Positions 39,571-49,711 of a DNA stretch of 64,000 nucleotides are shown piece after piece. The stretch covers positions 1 through 64,000 of IMG/VR virus record IMGVR_UViG_3300012920_000028; one strand, written 5' to 3'. The notes under the pieces are model-generated. The model did not search any database and was not told the DNA's origin. It was given only the letters and a program-made list of their open reading frames with translations. Position numbers and translations under genes: made by a program. The stretch's first letter is position 1, and the number at the start of each line of letters is the position of its first letter. This DNA comes from a virus.

Positions 39571-39872
39571 GTCGTATGCACGCTCCTCATTGACTTGAAT
39601 GTTGCTGGGGCCATTCTCTTCGTGAACCGTACCCTAACGGGCAAGGTCGAGAACGTAATTGCGAAACAAGCCCGCCGCAGCGAGCCACATGTTGCTCAAG
39701 CGGGGTCGACGAGTCCGCCCTGCGTAGCACTCAGGGACTTCACGATGTCGGCGAGGATGTCGAGGCGCTCCTCGAGTTCGTAGTTGCTGACCTGCTGACT
39801 GAGCGTGAAGTTCAGATTCTTGTACTGCAGTCCCACGCTGATTGTCGTTTCCTTGATTTCTTTTGCCATCCG

Positions 39873-40475
39873 TCATTCCTCCGGTTTGTTTTCGTTTTTC
39901 TTGAACCGTGGGAGGCGTTCTTCTTCTTTGGTGGGCACATAGGTGAACGTGCTTTCCTCGGATTGGGATTCCTCACTACCCGGTTCAGGTTGATGCACAC
40001 GCCTCTTGGATTTATACCTTTTGTCTTGAAGACGGGATTCCTTCGTGTACTTTTCGTCATGCGCGCGAAGCCCGACGGCTTGCTCGTTGGAGAAGCGAAC
40101 CTTCCTTTTGGTCTCCTTGGTTTGGTCCATTGGGCGGTCGAAGCCCATAACCTCGTCCCAAGGGTTGCCGAGACACGGGTTCGTCGCGGCGGTGTGACTC
40201 CATTCACAGGACATACACTTGACGACTACGACGTGCGTCCACGGCTGCGTGTCCCCACGCTGAGAAGTGCGAGCGATTTCGACTGCTCCTACTTCGTGAA
40301 ACATGCGAATGTCGACGTGGCCGCACTTGGGGCAAAACATCGGCTGCTTTCGGGCAGCATCGTCGAACAGTTGCTCGCCTTCCGGGTTGATTTTCTTTGC
40401 AGCGATGTCGGCGCAAATGGGGCACCGCTTCTTCACTTCCCATTCATTTGCTCGGATTCTTTCGTCTTGCGCCAT
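39873..40475 (-). CDS. Zn-ribbon protein with charged tail
   Basis: CPIC, CPKC, CMSC. Confidence 0.6.
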   Translation of the reverse strand: MAQDERIRANEWEVKKRCPICADIAAKKINPEGEQLFDDAARKQPMFCPKCGHVDIRMFHEVGAVEIARTSQRGDTQPWTHVVVVKCMSCEWSHTAATNPCLGNPWDEVMGFDRPMDQTKETKRKVRFSNEQAVGLRAHDEKYTKESRLQDKRYKSKRRVHQPEPGSEESQSEESTFTYVPTKEEERLPRFKKNENKPEE

Positions 40476-40501
40476 TCATTCACCCCACAAGGTCTTCGCC
40501 A

Positions 40502-40732
40502 TCAGGCATCATCACTCAAGGCGCCGGAGTCAACGTATGCGTCCGCCATCGAACTCATCATGACCTCAAGCCATGCCGACATTGCGAGGTAGGCGAGCGT
40601 CTTCGTGTTCCCACTGAACGAGAATGCGACTCCCCCTTCACCACCCATCGCGATGAGCACGTCTTCGACGCCTTCGGCTTGGAGCCGTGCTCGGCAATCG
40701 TCAATGATAGCCATAGCCTGCTCATTCGACAT
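40502..40732 (-). CDS. Hypothetical protein
   Basis: Coupled ORF. Confidence 0.5.
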   Translation of the reverse strand: MSNEQAMAIIDDCRARLQAEGVEDVLIAMGGEGGVAFSFSGNTKTLAYLAMSAWLEVMMSSMADAYVDSGALSDDA

Positions 40733-41165
40733 TCGTCATGGCCTCCTTGAGCGCGGTGCGGACAGACCTCACGGACGACACGTGTTCGGCGTCGCATTCC
40801 CGGCTGAAGTCATGGTACTTCCACCTACGCAAGAAGACCTTGATGTTCGGCACGTGTTCCAATGGGTTCGCCACCCATTCCTCGACGTTCTTCTTGAGGT
40901 GCTCCACTTGGCTTTCCCTGAAGGAACACCAACACCGATGACACATCACCGTAGGACGCTCAAGAAGCGCGTAGCGCAGTTCGATTTCCTCCTCACCGGT
41001 CTCTTCCTCGAACTCCTCGATGTATTCCTCGACCTCGTGCTCCTCGACGATTTCGTACTCTTCATACTTCGCCGGTTCAAGCACGTGAGAGCGTGTTCCA
41101 ACGCCACATCCTTTGCAGTTGCCGTATGGGCCACGGATATGCTCACGGGTGACGACCTTCATCAC
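40722..41165 (-). CDS. Zn-binding acidic protein
   Basis: CKGC...CHRC flanking an E-rich loop. Confidence 0.6.
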   Translation of the reverse strand: MMKVVTREHIRGPYGNCKGCGVGTRSHVLEPAKYEEYEIVEEHEVEEYIEEFEEETGEEEIELRYALLERPTVMCHRCWCSFRESQVEHLKKNVEEWVANPLEHVPNIKVFLRRWKYHDFSRECDAEHVSSVRSVRTALKEAMTNVE

Positions 41166-41188
41166 CCACTCCCCTCGGCGGAGCGGAC

Positions 41189-41566
41189 TTAAATGCTCTT
41201 CATCCCAATGTAGGCGATTGCGAATCCACCGGGAGTCGCGACTTTCGGGTCAAGGTTCAACAGTTCAACACCTATCCAACTCATCGCCGACCCTACGCCA
41301 ACGAGCGCGATAGCGCCAACCGCTTGCTGCATCCACCAATCGGAGTCCCGCCCTGCGAGGCCCGAAAGTCCGTAAAACGACCCTGCGCTCTTGTCCACGC
41401 CCATATAGAGCCCATTCCTTCGCTTCGATAGCGGGGCGGCGCTCTTCTCATACGCGGGGTTGAGGGCGAGGTTTGTGAAGTCGTTGGCCCACGTCCTCGC
41501 CATGGGGTCGTGCGCGTGCGGGTGATAGCGCGTCGTCTTGCGGTGCATGTCGTCGTGTCCCATCAT
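41189..41566 (-). CDS. Membrane protein
   Basis: C-terminal TM pair. Confidence 0.6.
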   Translation of the reverse strand: MMGHDDMHRKTTRYHPHAHDPMARTWANDFTNLALNPAYEKSAAPLSKRRNGLYMGVDKSAGSFYGLSGLAGRDSDWWMQQAVGAIALVGVGSAMSWIGVELLNLDPKVATPGGFAIAYIGMKSI

Positions 41567-41567
41567 T

Positions 41568-42407
41568 TCACACCCGTTTGTATCGCCCGTCAATGAACGG
41601 CCTCTCTTCGATGGGGACTCCTTCGAAGGGGAACGAATCATAGTTCGGGTCCAGCAAGAATGTCGTCATAATGGTCGTTTTCCCCGATTTCACCCGCTTC
41701 TGAAGCGAGCGCATGGTGGAAATGAGAGAACGGTAGGTTTTGAGAGGCGGTGCGCTCCCGCTCTTCATCTTGACGCCGTCTACTTTCAAGTCCTGACAGG
41801 AAAGGGAGAAGAAACGAGAATGAGAAAAGTCGTCCGCATTCAGGTAGTCAAACTTTTTTGACTTGTAAGCCCCGCTCAACGGGGACCATCCCTTCGGCAC
41901 GCGAAGGAGGGAAGTTCGAGGCTTGTCGAGTTCTTTCATGACCTTGACGGAGGGGGTCCCAAGCGCCAAGAGGGCGAATGCCTCAATCGAACGAAGCACT
42001 TTGGCTCCTTCCACGTCATCCCAAATCCCACCAGCAACCCTGCTGCTTTCCATGAACTCGATGTACCTGCACGGATGGTAAAGGTAAGCAGATACGCCGA
42101 CAGGGTAGAAGTCCGGGGTAGGAGCAACGTCCCACCAAGGGCCATCAGTCAGCGCTTGGTTGACGACAAGGGGTGGATGGTGGTTGTCTCCCAAGTCTAC
42201 ATCAATTTGGCGAAACATGACGGCTTTCGGGAAAGTGTTGCCAGCCCCAAGAAGACGTGTCTTTTCATCGTCAAACTTGAATTCCAATAATGGTTTTTCC
42301 CCGCTGAGTGTTTTTATCGCTCTCTCGTGGTCGGGAAAAACCCTCGAAGATGGGGCCTCGTGAATCGAAATGGTGAGCCCCGTGTCCATGCCCATCGAAT
42401 CACTCAC
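41568..42407 (-). CDS. Hypothetical protein
   Basis: 279-aa ORF in the operon. Confidence 0.65.
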   Translation of the reverse strand: MSDSMGMDTGLTISIHEAPSSRVFPDHERAIKTLSGEKPLLEFKFDDEKTRLLGAGNTFPKAVMFRQIDVDLGDNHHPPLVVNQALTDGPWWDVAPTPDFYPVGVSAYLYHPCRYIEFMESSRVAGGIWDDVEGAKVLRSIEAFALLALGTPSVKVMKELDKPRTSLLRVPKGWSPLSGAYKSKKFDYLNADDFSHSRFFSLSCQDLKVDGVKMKSGSAPPLKTYRSLISTMRSLQKRVKSGKTTIMTTFLLDPNYDSFPFEGVPIEERPFIDGRYKRV

Positions 42408-42568
42408 CGGGTTTGGCTCTCAGCCCAAATCATTCCGGTGTTTGCGACGGTGTAGCCGAGGAAGGCGGTCCCAAGTCCCTTCCGGTTCTCACGGAAATGG
42501 AACATGGCGATACCGAGGTAAGCCACCGTCACGCCGAGCGTGAGCCATTGAGACTTGCTCATCGCCAT
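42404..42568 (-). CDS. Two-TM microprotein (54 aa, below ORF-track cutoff)
   Basis: Hand translation MAMSKSQWLTLGVTVAYLGIAMF...GLGTAFLGYTVANTGMIW; fills the gap exactly. Confidence 0.55.
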   Translation of the reverse strand: MAMSKSQWLTLGVTVAYLGIAMFHFRENRKGLGTAFLGYTVANTGMIWAESQTR

Positions 42569-43144
42569 TCAAGACACCACCATGTCGTCGGCCATTTCGG
42601 GAATGAGGCCCGAGGTCATGTAGAAGTCGTGCACGTCCTTACTTGGAGCGGCTTCACGCTTCGCACCGAAGGTCTGCTTTCCGTTGAAGTTGGTTGGTGC
42701 GCTACCGAGCCCGACGCCTTGAGAAAGACGGCGGCGGAGAGAAGGTGGGGTCTGCTTCACCCTTCCGAACATCTTCGGCTGCCCACCGTGTTCCTCCATA
42801 TACGTCGGCGCGGTCATCCTCGGCATCATACCGTGAGAGGCGGACGTTGAGGTCGTGGTGGACGTGGAAGCACCAAGTTGTGTCAGGCGCTCGGCCTGAC
42901 TGGCGTGCATTTTCGAAGCGGCCTTCAGTTCAGTCTGGATTTTCTCCAATTTCTCTTGTTGTTCATCCGTGATGTGACCGAGGCCTTCCCAAGTGGACGC
43001 ATAGGGAGAACTTCCCTCGGGGGAGGTGAACGCTTGATACAGACGGTTGAACGAATACGCCATGCTCAGGGCGCCGAATGCACTCACAATGGGGTGCAGG
43101 TCAATGAACTTCGAAACTTCGGCTCTCGACGGTAGTACTCCCAT
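42569..43144 (-). CDS. Putative virion membrane protein
   Basis: N-terminal TM; several LG/FG motifs. Confidence 0.6.
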   Translation of the reverse strand: MGVLPSRAEVSKFIDLHPIVSAFGALSMAYSFNRLYQAFTSPEGSSPYASTWEGLGHITDEQQEKLEKIQTELKAASKMHASQAERLTQLGASTSTTTSTSASHGMMPRMTAPTYMEEHGGQPKMFGRVKQTPPSLRRRLSQGVGLGSAPTNFNGKQTFGAKREAAPSKDVHDFYMTSGLIPEMADDMVVS

Positions 43145-43148
43145 TTTT

Positions 43149-43541
43149 TCACGCTCGCTGGTAATGATACAGGCCCGTTCCGGCGCCTCCGATGACGACT
43201 CCCCCTACCGCTCCTGCGATAGCAGCCTTCCCGATGTTGCTTCGGTTCACTTTGTACTTCAAGGTGTCCGCGAAGGCGAAATAGAGCACGGCCGTAGCAG
43301 CGCCCCCGATAAGAGCCGTGGACATGACGTGCTTCTTCGTGATAGGCTCAAGGACCGCACCGAGGTCGCGGTAGGCCATGTAGTCGTGAACCGCATTGAG
43401 GCGGTCGTCTGCCGTCGCCATGTAGGTTCGTGCCCACTCGTCCACATTCGTTTGAGGGCCAATCATCTTCTGCAATTCAGAAGCATTGGCGTCAAGCGAA
43501 CGAAGGTGAGAACGAACCATGTAGTTCGAATGACGACTCAC
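43149..43541 (-). CDS. Putative virion membrane protein
   Basis: Helical N-domain plus two Gly-rich TMs; GTGA overlap. Confidence 0.6.
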   Translation of the reverse strand: MSRHSNYMVRSHLRSLDANASELQKMIGPQTNVDEWARTYMATADDRLNAVHDYMAYRDLGAVLEPITKKHVMSTALIGGAATAVLYFAFADTLKYKVNRSNIGKAAIAGAVGGVVIGGAGTGLYHYQRA

Positions 43542-44014
43542 CGTCGCTCCCCCCACAACTTCTGAACACCTGACAGACCGGCGAAGACCGAGTTGCCCGT
43601 GTGAAGGTCCACGAGGGACTGTGAGGCGTTCTGTCCGATAGGTGCTTGGTGTGGGGCGAAACGGTGTGTCGACGCGCTGGCTTCAGGCGAAGGGAGAGAA
43701 GGCGTCAAATGACGAGTGTCCCGATACAACGGGTCGCCAGCCTGAACGCCCACGGAACGGCCACCGGGGCCGTGAGAACCCTGACCGTTCATGTGGTTCG
43801 TGTCCCGGTAGAGGTCGCCCTTGTAGATGCCTTGGTCAGGACCCGGAGCATAGGGGCGAACGCTACCGAGGCGATAGTCGCCATATCGAGTCTGACGGTA
43901 GGTCTTTCCGATGACGGAAGAAGGGAGTTCGAAAAGCACCGCCCAGCCGAAAAGAGCAAACAGGATAGGATGTCGGTCAGCCACACTCAGAATAGGATGC
44001 TTGAACTTCGCCAT
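43538..44014 (-). CDS. Putative virion membrane protein
   Basis: N-terminal TM; repeated LYRDT.H. Confidence 0.6.
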   Translation of the reverse strand: MAKFKHPILSVADRHPILFALFGWAVLFELPSSVIGKTYRQTRYGDYRLGSVRPYAPGPDQGIYKGDLYRDTNHMNGQGSHGPGGRSVGVQAGDPLYRDTRHLTPSLPSPEASASTHRFAPHQAPIGQNASQSLVDLHTGNSVFAGLSGVQKLWGERR

Positions 44015-44018
44015 TGTA

Positions 44019-45245
44019 TCACCCGTCGTAGGAAACGCGCTTCAAGCGCCGGACTTCTGCTGAATGAACGAGAACGTGAGGGTTGGTGTCAGCCTGAGAG
44101 GTGACGACGCCGAAAGCACCGTTTTGACTCGCCCCGCTGCCGGGGCCAGAGGGGTCATAGGTGCGGACGCGGATAGGAGGGGGTGCATACTGAAGACCGG
44201 GGGAAACCTCCACCCGAAGACAGTTCGCGTAAGCGGAGCCACCATTTGTCGCGAACTTGGTCGGTAGGTTCACACTGTCAGTGACGCCTTGAATGGCGCC
44301 CGGGAAATACAGGTTCCTTCCGTCCTTGAGCCACATGCGCGCACCCGAGACGTATGTCCCAGCCGAAAGCGTAGCGCCTGCAAAGTCGGCGAAATAGATG
44401 TATTGGGACGTCCGAGAGGGCCACGTCCTTGCGTCGTCGTCGTTTCCTTGGACTCGAAGGACCGGGTCCACAAAAACGTGCATGGTGTTCGTCATGGCGG
44501 TCGTCGGGGCGGCGGCAACAGGGACGGGTTCTCCGAAAGAAAAGGTCGGCTTCCCGGCAATCCCCACATAGGGATGATATGCGCCGGGCGCAAGAGTAAG
44601 GCCGTTAGGCGTCATGAACGTCTTGTTCGGGACACCGGGCGTGTTATAGAAGTCAGGGGAATGGACGATACCGTAGGCGTTGTTCAGGAGGCTCGTTTCG
44701 GAGCCAAAAACATCATTGTGTGGAATCACGGCACCGCCGCTGAATCCAAGATTCTTTGGAGTGGCGAGGCCAGAACGTGAGGTGTACCCTCCAGCGCGGT
44801 CGGCATCGAGGGGTTGACCGAAAACTTCCGTGGAGGGACGAATCCTGTTCCGGAGCACTACGCGAACGCGGCCGTCGAAATCTTCGGGGAGGTCAGGGTT
44901 GTACAGCAAAGTGTAGCCGGCACCGGGGGAACCACCGTCAATCGCTTGGAAATTCGAAAGCAGGCGCCCCGTTTCGGGTTGGGAGAGCAGTTCAGCCGCG
45001 CTCGTGTTTTCATTCCGCCAGTCGTCGAGTTCCACATAGACCTCAAGGTAGGGGTTATCCGAAACCACACGGATTTCGTACAGGTCGCCGCGCTCCTTCG
45101 AATCGAGGAGGACGTATTCTCCACCCGAGTCAAGAATGAGGTTCCGGATTGACTCCCGAACCATTCGACGGTCAACGCGGCCTTTCTGCGTGACGTAAGG
45201 GGCATTATCCGCGACATTCGCGGCGATGATGCTTTCTTCAGACAC
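44019..45245 (-). CDS. Putative structural protein (beta-rich)
   Basis: 408 aa in the structural operon; GGTGA RBS. Confidence 0.55.
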   Translation of the reverse strand: MSEESIIAANVADNAPYVTQKGRVDRRMVRESIRNLILDSGGEYVLLDSKERGDLYEIRVVSDNPYLEVYVELDDWRNENTSAAELLSQPETGRLLSNFQAIDGGSPGAGYTLLYNPDLPEDFDGRVRVVLRNRIRPSTEVFGQPLDADRAGGYTSRSGLATPKNLGFSGGAVIPHNDVFGSETSLLNNAYGIVHSPDFYNTPGVPNKTFMTPNGLTLAPGAYHPYVGIAGKPTFSFGEPVPVAAAPTTAMTNTMHVFVDPVLRVQGNDDDARTWPSRTSQYIYFADFAGATLSAGTYVSGARMWLKDGRNLYFPGAIQGVTDSVNLPTKFATNGGSAYANCLRVEVSPGLQYAPPPIRVRTYDPSGPGSGASQNGAFGVVTSQADTNPHVLVHSAEVRRLKRVSYDG

Positions 45246-45260
45246 GCTGAATCACCCCCC

Positions 45261-46205
45261 TCACTTCGGGAAGTACTCAGCGAGCAGACTCCCCGTAGTC
45301 GGAATACCGGCCGGATTGATGATTTTGAACGTGAGGCGTCCACCCGTGCGGGCTTTGATTTCAGCGAGTTGGTTCATGCTGAGTTCCACCACGCGGTATT
45401 TCCAGCCGATGAGGCGAAGGCGACCGTCCACGATGTATTCTTCCGAGTCGTTGACCATCCTGAACGTAGGCAGGTTGTTCTCGCCGTGCTCAATCCAGAT
45501 GGAGTATTCCCAGTTCGGGTCGTCACAGGAGGAAATCTGCCCGTCAATGAATCCAGAGAGGCCGAAGAGAGAGGACGTTCCGACCGAACCTGATTCCGTC
45601 TCAGGCGCTTCGTCGAGCACGAACTTGGGTACCCCCGACGGATGGCGCAGGTACATTTTGGGAGAGACGAGACCGGTGGCGGTCCCGCGGAAGCCGAGGG
45701 GGATAGACTGGTCCGCGTCTTCGTCGGAAGGGGGGAGGCCGGGGTCGGTGGCCGAACTCGCGACGAGGTATTCGCCGTTCGTGGTGTCCACGAACTTTGG
45801 CTGCTGAGGGATGGTCGGGCACAATTGGTAGAGGTGACCGAAGTAGGGTTCGAGGTCGTCGAACTTGATATGGCCCGAGTCGTAGTTGGGGGAAAGCACC
45901 GTCGAGGTGACGCTACCCGTAGATGGGGAACCGTTGGGGAACATTGCCGCCGTAATCGAATTCTGTCCGTAGCGAATAAGCGCCGCGTCGGTGATTTGGT
46001 TTGACCCCACCGTCACACTGTGCGTGTCCGTGAAGAAGAGGTCCACCGTAAGTGCCTCCACGCTCTCAACGAGAACGAAGCGGTCTCGAATCTTGCACAG
46101 GAAACCGGGTTTCAGTGCAATTCCTTCGCCGCTGCTGCCATGTCCTTGTCCAAACGGGGCGCCGAAGACGCTGCCCGCGCGGATTCCTTGATTTCCATTC
46201 GCCAT
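45261..46205 (-). CDS. Putative structural protein (possible jelly-roll)
   Basis: Beta-strand pattern; downstream of the capsid candidates. Confidence 0.5.
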   Translation of the reverse strand: MANGNQGIRAGSVFGAPFGQGHGSSGEGIALKPGFLCKIRDRFVLVESVEALTVDLFFTDTHSVTVGSNQITDAALIRYGQNSITAAMFPNGSPSTGSVTSTVLSPNYDSGHIKFDDLEPYFGHLYQLCPTIPQQPKFVDTTNGEYLVASSATDPGLPPSDEDADQSIPLGFRGTATGLVSPKMYLRHPSGVPKFVLDEAPETESGSVGTSSLFGLSGFIDGQISSCDDPNWEYSIWIEHGENNLPTFRMVNDSEEYIVDGRLRLIGWKYRVVELSMNQLAEIKARTGGRLTFKIINPAGIPTTGSLLAEYFPK

Positions 46206-46319
46206 GTTCTATTCCACCATTTTCTTTCTGTGAGGTGCGGCCGTCAGGCCTTGTGTTGGGGCACGTGCCTCGCCGGTATAAGCCTACCGAGCGACGAATG
46301 CCGAGGTTTCAACGTACAA

Positions 46320-46392
46320 AAAAGTGCCCCCGCCCGGAGCGGTTCCGGACGAGGGCGGTTCCCATCCCCCGGGCGTCCCCGGGGGTGGGGTC
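46320..46392 (-). terminator. GC-rich hairpins followed by a T-tract on the minus strand
   Basis: ccccgggcgtccccggggg-type and cccgcccgga...ccgga..agggcgg stems; aaaaaa at ~46318-46323 on the plus strand. Confidence 0.45.
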
Positions 46393-46466
46393 TGACTACC
46401 CACGTCACCGTGGGTGACTACTCAGTCAGACTGAGCAGGTTCTTTGAGCGGTGTGCGTTGCACGCT

Positions 46467-47351
46467 TCAAGCGACGCGGCAGAGCGACACGACGCTGATG
46501 ATACCGGCGTTGTTCGCCAGTTCGTCGTCGATGTCGTCCCAAGCGTAGTTGGTCGAAGCGCCCGCGGTTCCGTCGTTGAGTTGACCGATGGTGATGTCAC
46601 CACTGTTCAACGTGTTGAGGTCACCCGCAGCGAAGTTGACGCCCGTGCCGGCGAAGCCGGCGGTGAGGGCCTCGCCCACTCCGGACAGGTCGAGCACACC
46701 GACGCCGCCGCCGGGGGCACCGGCGGTTGCCATCGTTGCGTTGACCTGCGAGTTCTCAAACGACATCTCCATTGCGCGCGAGTACACGTTGTTCCCATCT
46801 GGACCTTGCACGACGCCGGCGTTGGGGCCGACGGCGAAGGTGTTGGGCGCGGCTTCTGCCAGCACATACGGGGCCAGCAGCGTGGCTGCGGGGCTCGCAC
46901 CGTCCATGGTGGTCATTTCAATTGCGCCGACGCTCAAGATGGCTTCGACGTTGAACTTCCCGCCCGCGAAGCCGACCACGGTCCCGAGGGCCGTGGACGC
47001 CTGCTGGGGCAGGACGCTGCCGGACGCGACAGGCACCTCGCGGATGTCACGGACGAGTCCGTGGTTGTCCGCTGCGGTGAAGGTCGTGCTCGTGCCGCTC
47101 ACGTCGCGTGCACCTTGGAAGATGCTCGCGGCGCTCCACGCCACGTCTTCAATGTCCGCGTCTGTGTCGTCTGTGCAGTAGATGAGGTCGGGCTTCAGCA
47201 TGGCTGGCAGGCCTTGTCGGGCCAGTTCCAGCACGTTCTTCGCACCGTTCTCAGTCACGTTGTTGGTTGTCGCTTCGATGACCAGCAGGTTGGTTCGCAC
47301 CACCTGCAATTGGGCACCGTAAGCGACGTCAAGTCCTCCGATTGCTCCCAT
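46467..47351 (-). CDS. Abundant virion protein candidate (capsid-associated)
   Basis: Strongly biased C/G-ending codons, GGAGG RBS, Ala/Gly/Thr-rich. Confidence 0.5.
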   Translation of the reverse strand: MGAIGGLDVAYGAQLQVVRTNLLVIEATTNNVTENGAKNVLELARQGLPAMLKPDLIYCTDDTDADIEDVAWSAASIFQGARDVSGTSTTFTAADNHGLVRDIREVPVASGSVLPQQASTALGTVVGFAGGKFNVEAILSVGAIEMTTMDGASPAATLLAPYVLAEAAPNTFAVGPNAGVVQGPDGNNVYSRAMEMSFENSQVNATMATAGAPGGGVGVLDLSGVGEALTAGFAGTGVNFAAGDLNTLNSGDITIGQLNDGTAGASTNYAWDDIDDELANNAGIISVVSLCRVA

Positions 47352-47384
47352 GTTCTTGTCCTCCTTGTTCCTCCGAAGACAGCC

Positions 47385-47999
47385 TCACGAGAGTTCGCCA
47401 ATGGACTGGCGCTGCTGAATCAATTCATGATGTTGACCGACAACGCATCCGATGACGCGCCACTTCTCGGCACCCGCGATGGTGGAGTTGCCGTAGGTGG
47501 CGGCGCCGCCGACGACGCGGTGGGCGCACACGATGGTCTTCTCGGGCTCGACGACGATGGGCTCTTCATACCAGACGAAGGGCTCTTCGAGGACCTCGAA
47601 AATCTGCTGGTCGACCACGGGGGTCTCGATACCGGAGATGCGCCACTGGTGCTCGGTCACAAGCAGGGGGGTCACGGGGTACTGGATGCCCATGAGGACG
47701 TAGTAGAACTCTTCCAGAGTTTTGAAGTCGAGAACGCGCTGCGCCCAGCCGAAGCCGTCGACGGTCACGCTGTTGGGGGCACCGGTGCTGCCCGAAGAGG
47801 GCACCAACCACTGGCCGAAGGTCCCAAGCACGGAAAATTGGTCTGCGCGGAGCACACCCTTTCCGTATTCGCCCTTGGGCCAAACGCCCTTGTTCTCAAA
47901 GCCCCAGTGGGGGTAGTTCGCCTTGACCTTCTGGTCGATTCGTGCAAGGTAGTCGCTGATGACGGCCGTGGGGCGGTCATAGTACGGTCGTAGTTCCAT
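47385..47999 (-). CDS. Major capsid protein candidate (single jelly-roll size)
   Basis: 204 aa, alternating beta pattern, high-expression codon bias, first gene of the structural operon; fold not verified. Confidence 0.4.
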   Translation of the reverse strand: MELRPYYDRPTAVISDYLARIDQKVKANYPHWGFENKGVWPKGEYGKGVLRADQFSVLGTFGQWLVPSSGSTGAPNSVTVDGFGWAQRVLDFKTLEEFYYVLMGIQYPVTPLLVTEHQWRISGIETPVVDQQIFEVLEEPFVWYEEPIVVEPEKTIVCAHRVVGGAATYGNSTIAGAEKWRVIGCVVGQHHELIQQRQSIGELS

Positions 48000-48151
48000 T
48001 CAATTCACTTCCTGTTTTGTTTTTTTAGTGCCCATTGTGTTGCGGGCATTTCGCGGTAGCGACACACCCTATATGAAGAGCCGCAGGAATTCGTTAAACA
48101 TCTGTTCACGGGTGCGAACGTCTATATTCACGATGAAGCGTCCGCGCTTCA

Positions 48152-48343
48152 ATGGGAGAGGATTCCGAGCCGCGAAAGACCCGAACAATCGGGGTCCGCG
48201 TGGACGAACACCTGTTCCAACTTCTCCTACGGGAAGCAAGCGCCCGGGGGGAAACCGTAGCCAACTACGTTCGCTCTTCAGCGAAAATGCGCGCTACCGG
48301 TCGCCTTATCGAAACCGAGCGAAAGAAATTCAACGAGTATTGA
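48152..48343 (+). CDS. Ribbon-helix-helix regulator
   Basis: TRTIGVRV.......L...A...G.TVANYVR. Confidence 0.7.
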   Translation: MGEDSEPRKTRTIGVRVDEHLFQLLLREASARGETVANYVRSSAKMRATGRLIETERKKFNEY

Positions 48344-48365
48344 CCTTTGTGGGAGGAAGGTCTCG

Positions 48366-48713
48366 ATGCAGCACACCCCCGTACATATGGTTCTCCTTCG
48401 TGGCGGCGTTCACACTGAAGTCACGTTCACCACAAGAGAGGGCTGGCCCGTCACCGTGGAAGCATTGTGCGACACGGGTGCTTCTTCTTCGTCAATTGAT
48501 TCCCGTCTTGCAGATTTCATCGGAGTGGAGTACACAGGCACCGTCGTCAACGTCCGCAACGCAAACGGAAAGAAGAAGCGAAAGGTCTGCCTTGCGACCT
48601 TTGATTGCGAAGCCGGAGTGTTCGAAGGGCGATTCACCGTCAGCGACAGGAGCAAACTGAGTAATCCGGTCATCATCGGGAGAGACATCTTGTTCTACAA
48701 GGAAGAACGGTAG
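48366..48713 (+). CDS. Retropepsin-like aspartic protease
   Basis: ALCDTGA..SSID and IIGRDIL motifs. Confidence 0.85.
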   Translation: MQHTPVHMVLLRGGVHTEVTFTTREGWPVTVEALCDTGASSSSIDSRLADFIGVEYTGTVVNVRNANGKKKRKVCLATFDCEAGVFEGRFTVSDRSKLSNPVIIGRDILFYKEER

Positions 48714-48715
48714 CC

Positions 48716-49705
48716 TCAGTAGGTCAGCGAGAAAATCGGGAACGTGTTGGGGGTTGGGGCCGGGGCGTCCCTACCTTCCAATACAACAGGTGGTGAAGGC
48801 GAACCCGAGATGCCCTGTGTCCCGCCGAAGACCGTAGTGACGTAAATGGTGCGCCCATCGGCGGACCAATCGAAGCCACCAATGCTCTCAGCCACACCTG
48901 CGGGAGAGTACACCGGGCCGAGAATCCTTTCCCCGATGTAGGTGCTGAGGTCGAGCGTGTAGGTTGGGCTTGCCCCCATAGTGCTAACGTCGTAGGGAGT
49001 GGAGAGGGCGTACTCTCGAATGGCTTTGTTCTGTGAGACGAAAATCTTGGTGCCGTCGTCATTGAATTTCACGCCCGTGATGTTCCCGTTCGTGTTGGCA
49101 TCGCTGATGTTCTTTGTAGCAATTGAGGTCACGGAAGACAGGCTGTGCGCAGTGTTGCAGGTGTAGGAACGAATCCGATTGTTCGTGGAAGAGGTAGCCG
49201 TCGCCATCACGGCCTTCGTTCCGTCACTATTCCAAGCCACGGCCTGAATACCTGCCCCAAGTGGGCTGGAGATGTTCCCCCGAGAGGTGAGCGTGCTGGT
49301 GATGTCTTCAGCGGTCGCATAGCCACCCGCGCGGGCACGCTGGTCAACCCAACCACCACCGATGATGTACTCTCCGGTCTTGTCGATGTGAATGTCGCGA
49401 ATCTGATTGAAACCGAGGCCGGAAATGTCGTCCACTTGAAGAACTACGCCGTCGTTGTTGTTGATTGCGAGTTTCCGAATCTGTTCGGTCCCCGAATCGT
49501 ACGTTCCACCACTACCTGTGTTGGAAATGTAAAAGTTCGCGGCGGTGACGCCAATACCCGTAATGATGTTCGTTCCGCCCGGAGCGTCCTGCGTCATGTT
49601 GTAATTGATGCCCACAGGGGAAACACCGTCGAACTGGGAGAGGTCGAATGGTGAAGCCGAGTTCGCCTTCTGTTCAGCACACGAACCGGCAATCGCGTTG
49701 TACAT
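48716..49705 (-). CDS. Beta-propeller-like putative receptor-binding/spike protein
   Basis: Repeated W/F-N/S-xDG-T/R-K blades; YALSTPYDVST. Confidence 0.6.
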   Translation of the reverse strand: MYNAIAGSCAEQKANSASPFDLSQFDGVSPVGINYNMTQDAPGGTNIITGIGVTAANFYISNTGSGGTYDSGTEQIRKLAINNNDGVVLQVDDISGLGFNQIRDIHIDKTGEYIIGGGWVDQRARAGGYATAEDITSTLTSRGNISSPLGAGIQAVAWNSDGTKAVMATATSSTNNRIRSYTCNTAHSLSSVTSIATKNISDANTNGNITGVKFNDDGTKIFVSQNKAIREYALSTPYDVSTMGASPTYTLDLSTYIGERILGPVYSPAGVAESIGGFDWSADGRTIYVTTVFGGTQGISGSPSPPVVLEGRDAPAPTPNTFPIFSLTY

Positions 49706-49711
49706 CAGTCA

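Noticed and set aside
46020-47993. 657-aa plus-strand ORF
   Set aside because: Antisense shadow of strongly codon-biased minus-strand genes; no recognisable motifs
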